DNA from: Candidatus Saccharimonadota bacterium
Lineage (GTDB): Bacteria > Patescibacteriota > Saccharimonadia > Saccharimonadales > Saccharimonadaceae
NCBI RefSeq assembly: GCF_025273655.1
Contig: NZ_CP045921.1
Coordinates: forward strand, 210,001 to 242,000
DNA length: 32,000 bases
Direction: 5' to 3'
A program made the translations under genes and the position numbers. Shown here in pieces: positions 31,693 to 32,000 of the stretch. The notes under the pieces are model-generated. The model was not told the DNA's origin, ran no database searches, and saw only the letters and a program-made list of their open reading frames with translations. Position 1 is the first letter of the stretch, and every line of letters begins with the position of its first letter.

Positions 31693-32000
31693 ATGCCCGA
31701 AGTAAAACCAAGTGAAGTCCAGACATTTGCAAGCATCAAGGTAGTTGGTGTTGGCGGTGCAGGTGGTTCAGCTGTCAATCGCATGAAAGAAGCAGGCCTG
31801 TCTGGTGTGCAATTCATTGCCATGAATACCGATGCACAGGCGCTTCACAATTCTAAGGCAGATGTAAAAATCCATCTCGGTAAAGACGCGACTGGCGGAC
31901 TCGGTGCCGGCGCAGATCCAAGCGTAGGCGAACAGGCCGCGCACGAATCTCGTGAAGAGATTAAAAGCGCACTTGAAGGTGCAGACATGGTATTTGTGAC
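31693..32000 (+). CDS. ftsZ: cell division protein FtsZ, N-terminal part (runs off the window end)
   Basis: My own translation reads [31 protein letters not shown]...NTDAQAL...GLGAGADP, which carries the tubulin-signature region. It is missing from the ORF track because it is edge-truncated. Confidence 0.93.
   Translation, partial: MPEVKPSEVQTFASIKVVGVGGAGGSAVNRMKEAGLSGVQFIAMNTDAQALHNSKADVKIHLGKDATGGLGAGADPSVGEQAAHESREEIKSALEGADMVFV

Overview
This window is mostly housekeeping chromosome, about 50% GC with the standard genetic code. It looks like a small-genome Saccharibacteria (TM7)/CPR-type bacterium. Supporting that: the 16S has U at E. coli position 912, there are LPXTG, LGFP-repeat and type IV pilin envelope genes, and IF-2, Adk and MurI are all short versions. 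Gene order: partial membrane protein (-), gyrB, gyrA, DUF212/PAP2-like, 16S rRNA, small membrane protein (-), tRNA-Ala, tRNA-Ile, NADAR protein, 6-TM protein, 23S rRNA, 5S rRNA, LGFP-repeat secreted protein, KGG stress protein, ImmA/IrrE-like metallopeptidase (-), ROK kinase (-), LPXTG surface protein, S1, infB, hypothetical, fmt (-), def (-), pilin (-), priA (-), PRTase-like, wHTH regulator, recJ, rpsU, yqeY-like, adk, map, murI (-), ftsA, ftsZ (partial). I found no CRISPR array, transposase or integrase, toxin-antitoxin pair, or recognisable defence cassette, so I am not claiming a new multi-gene system. The unusual part is the single rRNA locus (5.7-13.5 kb). 16S carries its own processing stem and terminator. 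A 2.46-kb gap follows, with an opposite-strand gene, a separate strong promoter, tRNAs in Ala-Ile order and two protein genes. The 23S is about 3.3 kb and carries a 249-nt ORF-less insertion in the helix-63 region plus other extra hairpins. A second recurring signal is a -10 box placed 6-9 nt before the start codon of many genes, which suggests leaderless mRNAs. Two 5' leaders also stand out: a terminator-like hairpin ahead of the KGG gene and an SD-led MTPP mini-ORF ahead of the S1 gene. All calls come from reading the sequence and from remembered family motifs. No searches or folding programs were run.
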